Assembly: GCA_001771585.1 (NCBI GenBank) | Contig: MEUE01000001.1 | Location: 92,744 to 156,743, forward strand | Direction of reading: 5' to 3' | Source of the DNA: a candidate division WOR-1 bacterium RIFOXYB2_FULL_46_45 | Lineage (GTDB): Bacteria; Margulisbacteria; WOR-1; XYC2-FULL-46-14 | DNA: 64,000 nt | Part shown: in pieces, positions 61,286-64,000 of the stretch | How the letters are laid out: the number at the start of each line of letters is the position of its first letter | How positions within the stretch are numbered: the first letter of the stretch is position 1 | Notes under the pieces: generated by a model | What the model saw: the letters and a program-made list of their open reading frames with translations, nothing else | Database searches by the model: none | Told to the model about the DNA's origin: nothing | Translations under genes and position numbers: made by a program

Positions 61286-62142
61286 TTCAAGAGTCTCTTC
61301 GCTTTTGAGATGTCGGGCTTGCGCTGCTTCGGATCATCTTGTGGAAGTGAACGGTGAACGGTGAATGATGAATGAAAAGACCTCATAACAAGTTTCGCCA
61401 ATTCATTAATTGTAAATTCATGCGGATTGCCAAGATTGATCGGATCATGGTGGTTCGATTGCATTACCCTGTAAATTCCCTCAACCAGATCGCTAACATA
61501 GCAAAAACTGCGGGTTTGGGTCCCCTTGCCATATATAGTAAGCGGTTTTCCGGCCAGAGCCTGGGTGATAAAATTCGGCACTACCCTGCCGTCATTCTTC
61601 CTCATCCTCGGCCCATAAGTATTAAAAATACGGATAATTCTGGTATCAAGTTTGTGCATCCTATGATACGCCATCGTGATCGCTTCGGCAAAACGTTTTG
61701 ATTCGTCATAGCACGACCGCGGCCCAACCGGATTGACATTTCCCCAATAACTCTCTTTTTGGGGAGAAAGAAGAGGATCTCCGTAAACTTCCGAAGTTGA
61801 TGCCAAAAGGAATTTCGCTTTTTTTGCTTTAGCAATACCTAAAGCATTATGCGTTCCCAATGCCCCCACCTTTAATGTTTGTATCGGCAGATCGGCATAG
61901 TCGACCGGACTGGCGGGAGAGGCAAAATGAAGAATAAAATCGATCTTCCCCGGGATCGTTATTGGTTTTGAAATATCGTGTTTTATAAACTTAAACTTTT
62001 TGTTTTTCAGGTTATGCTTAATGTTGTCTTTTGACCCTGTGATCAGATTATCTAAACAAATAACGTTAAATCCTTTATCCAATAAAAAATCACACAGGTG
62101 CGAACCGATAAACCCTGCCCCACCGGTAACCAAAATCCTCAT
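61222..62142 (-). CDS. UDP-glucuronate decarboxylase-like SDR (UXS family)
   Basis: [15 protein letters not shown] Rossmann motif and YxxxK. 306 aa. Confidence 0.75.
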   Translation of the reverse strand: MRILVTGGAGFIGSHLCDFLLDKGFNVICLDNLITGSKDNIKHNLKNKKFKFIKHDISKPITIPGKIDFILHFASPASPVDYADLPIQTLKVGALGTHNALGIAKAKKAKFLLASTSEVYGDPLLSPQKESYWGNVNPVGPRSCYDESKRFAEAITMAYHRMHKLDTRIIRIFNTYGPRMRKNDGRVVPNFITQALAGKPLTIYGKGTQTRSFCYVSDLVEGIYRVMQSNHHDPINLGNPHEFTINELAKLVMRSFHSSFTVHRSLPQDDPKQRKPDISKAKRLLKWEPKIQLEEGLCRTVKTFLG

Positions 62143-63410
62143 CGTCCTACTCCGTAGTATTCAATGCCGACCTCCGCCATCCGCTTTTTGTCGTAAATAT
62201 TCCGCCCGTCAAAAACAATCGCGTTCGGAGCCAGTTTCTTTACCCGCTCAAAATCGAGCTCCCGAAATTCATTCCATTCGGTCGCAAAAACGATCGCCTC
62301 CACCCCTTTGACCGCATCGTACGGATTGGTAAATTCGGAGAGCTTTGAGACCGGATCGTATACCGCAACTTTTGCTTTTGCTTTCTTAAGGGCGGCGACA
62401 ACTTTTAATGACGGCGCGTCTCTCAAATCGTCGGTCTCCGGCTTAAAGGCCAGACCCAACACCGCGATCTTTTTATTTTTTAAATTACCCAAACGCTTAT
62501 GGATCTTTTTTATAAAAAGATTGATCTGATTATTATTCACCGCTCCGGCGGCGTTTAAAATCTTTGGTTCATAGCCCGACTTTTTGGCCAGATGGATAAG
62601 AGCCGAAACGTCTTTGGGGAAGCAGGAGCCCCCGTAGCCCAGTCCGGGATTCAAAAACTGCCCGCCGATCCTTTTGTCCAACCCCATTCCATAGGCGACT
62701 TCGGTCACATCGGAACCGACTTTCTCACAAATATTTGCGATCTCGTTTATGAAAGAGATCTTGGTCGCAAGAAATGAATTGGACGCGTACTTAATAAGTT
62801 CGGCGCTTTTGACCGAGGTAAAAATAATATGAGCATTGAGCGGACGGTAAAGTTCGGTTATAAGATTGAAGGCGCGGTTGTTGGATGCCCCGATTACAAT
62901 CCGGTCCGGATGCATAAAATCGGAGATGGCCGATCCCTCCCGTAAAAATTCCGGATTGGAGACGACCGAAAAGAGCTCATCATCCACCCCTTCTTCCAAA
63001 AGTATCTTTGTGACGATGTCACCCATCCCGACAGGGACAGTGCTCTTGTTTACAATTACCTTAAAACCGTCTTTCTTCATCATTGCCAGAGCGATTCCTT
63101 CTGCCACCGCACGGACGGCCGAAACATCCGCCTCGCCGTCTTTTTTCGGCGGAGTCCCGACCGCGATAAAGACAACTTCCGACGCGATAACCGCAAAAGA
63201 TAAATCGGAAGAGAAAGAGAGGCGTTTTGCTTTTTGGTTCTTTTTGACCAGCTCAGGCAACCCCGGCTCGTAAAAAGGGACAATCGCTTTTTTTAGTGAG
63301 GAGATTCGCTTTTTGTCTTTGTCGACACAGATAACCTCATGCCCCAAATTGGCCAGGCAGGCGCCGGTCACCAAACCAACGTATCCCGATCCGACTACCG
63401 CTATTTTCAT
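62139..63410 (-). CDS. ugd: UDP-glucose 6-dehydrogenase
   Basis: [12 protein letters not shown] and the GGSCFPKD catalytic Cys. Confidence 0.9.
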   Translation of the reverse strand: MKIAVVGSGYVGLVTGACLANLGHEVICVDKDKKRISSLKKAIVPFYEPGLPELVKKNQKAKRLSFSSDLSFAVIASEVVFIAVGTPPKKDGEADVSAVRAVAEGIALAMMKKDGFKVIVNKSTVPVGMGDIVTKILLEEGVDDELFSVVSNPEFLREGSAISDFMHPDRIVIGASNNRAFNLITELYRPLNAHIIFTSVKSAELIKYASNSFLATKISFINEIANICEKVGSDVTEVAYGMGLDKRIGGQFLNPGLGYGGSCFPKDVSALIHLAKKSGYEPKILNAAGAVNNNQINLFIKKIHKRLGNLKNKKIAVLGLAFKPETDDLRDAPSLKVVAALKKAKAKVAVYDPVSKLSEFTNPYDAVKGVEAIVFATEWNEFRELDFERVKKLAPNAIVFDGRNIYDKKRMAEVGIEYYGVGR

Positions 63411-64000
63411 TGTCTTGTCTTATACCAGCTTTCTTTAAAACTTTGGAAGGACTTTTGTTTTTTTATGATCTTCTCCCACCATTTCCGGTGGTTAATATAC
63501 CAGTCGATCGTGTCGTTCAAATCTTTTTCGAAATCAAGTGAAGGTTTCCAACCGAGCTTTTTTACTTTTGACGAATCGAGAGAATAACGGCGGTCGTGCC
63601 CGGGCCGGTCGGTTACAAACTTGAGCAGATCGGTTGACTTCCCCAGTTTCCTTAAAATCGCTTTGGCAATTTTGATATTCTCAACTTCAACCGCCCCCCC
63701 GATGTTATAAACCTCCCCGTCTTTCCCCCTGCGCAAAACCGCGTCGATCGCGCGGCAATTGTCGACCACCTGTAGCCAGTTGCGGACATTTTTTCCGTCG
63801 CCGTAGAGCGGCAATTTTTGGTCATAAATGGCCTGCGTGATAAAAAATGGAATAATTTTTTCGGGATACTGGTAGGGACCAAAGTTGTTGGACGAGCGGG
63901 TGATGATTACCGGGGTCCCATAAGTTTTAAAATAAGAACGGACCAAAAGGTCCCCCCCGGCTTTGGAAGAAGAATACGGACTGTTGGGAGCAATCGGACT
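63407..64000 (-). CDS. rfbB: dTDP-glucose 4,6-dehydratase, partial; N-terminus lies beyond window end
   Basis: The C-terminal RmlB region (SSNNFGPYQYPEKIIP) is present and the ORF continues past position 64000. Confidence 0.8.
   Translation of the reverse strand, partial: SPIAPNSPYSSSKAGGDLLVRSYFKTYGTPVIITRSSNNFGPYQYPEKIIPFFITQAIYDQKLPLYGDGKNVRNWLQVVDNCRAIDAVLRRGKDGEVYNIGGAVEVENIKIAKAILRKLGKSTDLLKFVTDRPGHDRRYSLDSSKVKKLGWKPSLDFEKDLNDTIDWYINHRKWWEKIIKKQKSFQSFKESWYKTRQ

Overview
This is a gene-dense bacterial chromosomal window, probably from an uncultivated lineage with a diderm envelope, since it carries LptC-like and LptD-like proteins, a heptosyltransferase and an O-antigen-ligase-like gene. 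Housekeeping genes are spread throughout: murD (partial), mraY, secG, tRNA-Ala, pgk, gap, a SEDS FtsW/RodA protein, trpE, ispD, aroQ, htrA, an IMPDH-family gene, guaA, mltG, ruvX, alaS, tmk, dnaB, mutS, pheT, pheS and a TrmH methyltransferase. Between them lie toxin-antitoxin-like modules (a RelE pair and two MNT/HEPN pairs flanking guaA). A tightly coupled four-gene minus-strand operon (15522-20667) encodes a nucleoside-hydrolase-like protein, an AspAT-like PLP enzyme, a radical SAM enzyme and an NAD-kinase-like/PrmC-like methyltransferase fusion. This operon is the best candidate for an undescribed nucleoside/nucleotide-modifying system. The last ~22 kb (41.8-64 kb) is a cell-surface polysaccharide locus containing a priming sugar transferase, Wzy-like/TPR protein, GT4, GT2, GT9, B12-radical SAM, a methyltransferase, Wzx, rmlD, UXS, ugd and rmlB. 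Other notable structure: a 28-bp duplication of the guaA 3' end flanking an inserted MNT/HEPN cassette; a duplicated mutS 5' fragment and ~110-bp duplicated leaders upstream of two Cys-rich paralogs; an 8-bp tandem repeat inside mutS and a 7-bp tandem repeat at the mltG 5' end; a recurring GC-rich palindromic element; a structured ~400-bp non-coding region; an AT-rich FHA-domain gene; and duplicated two-gene membrane modules. All calls rest on reading the translated ORFs and the nucleotide sequence, with no database searches.
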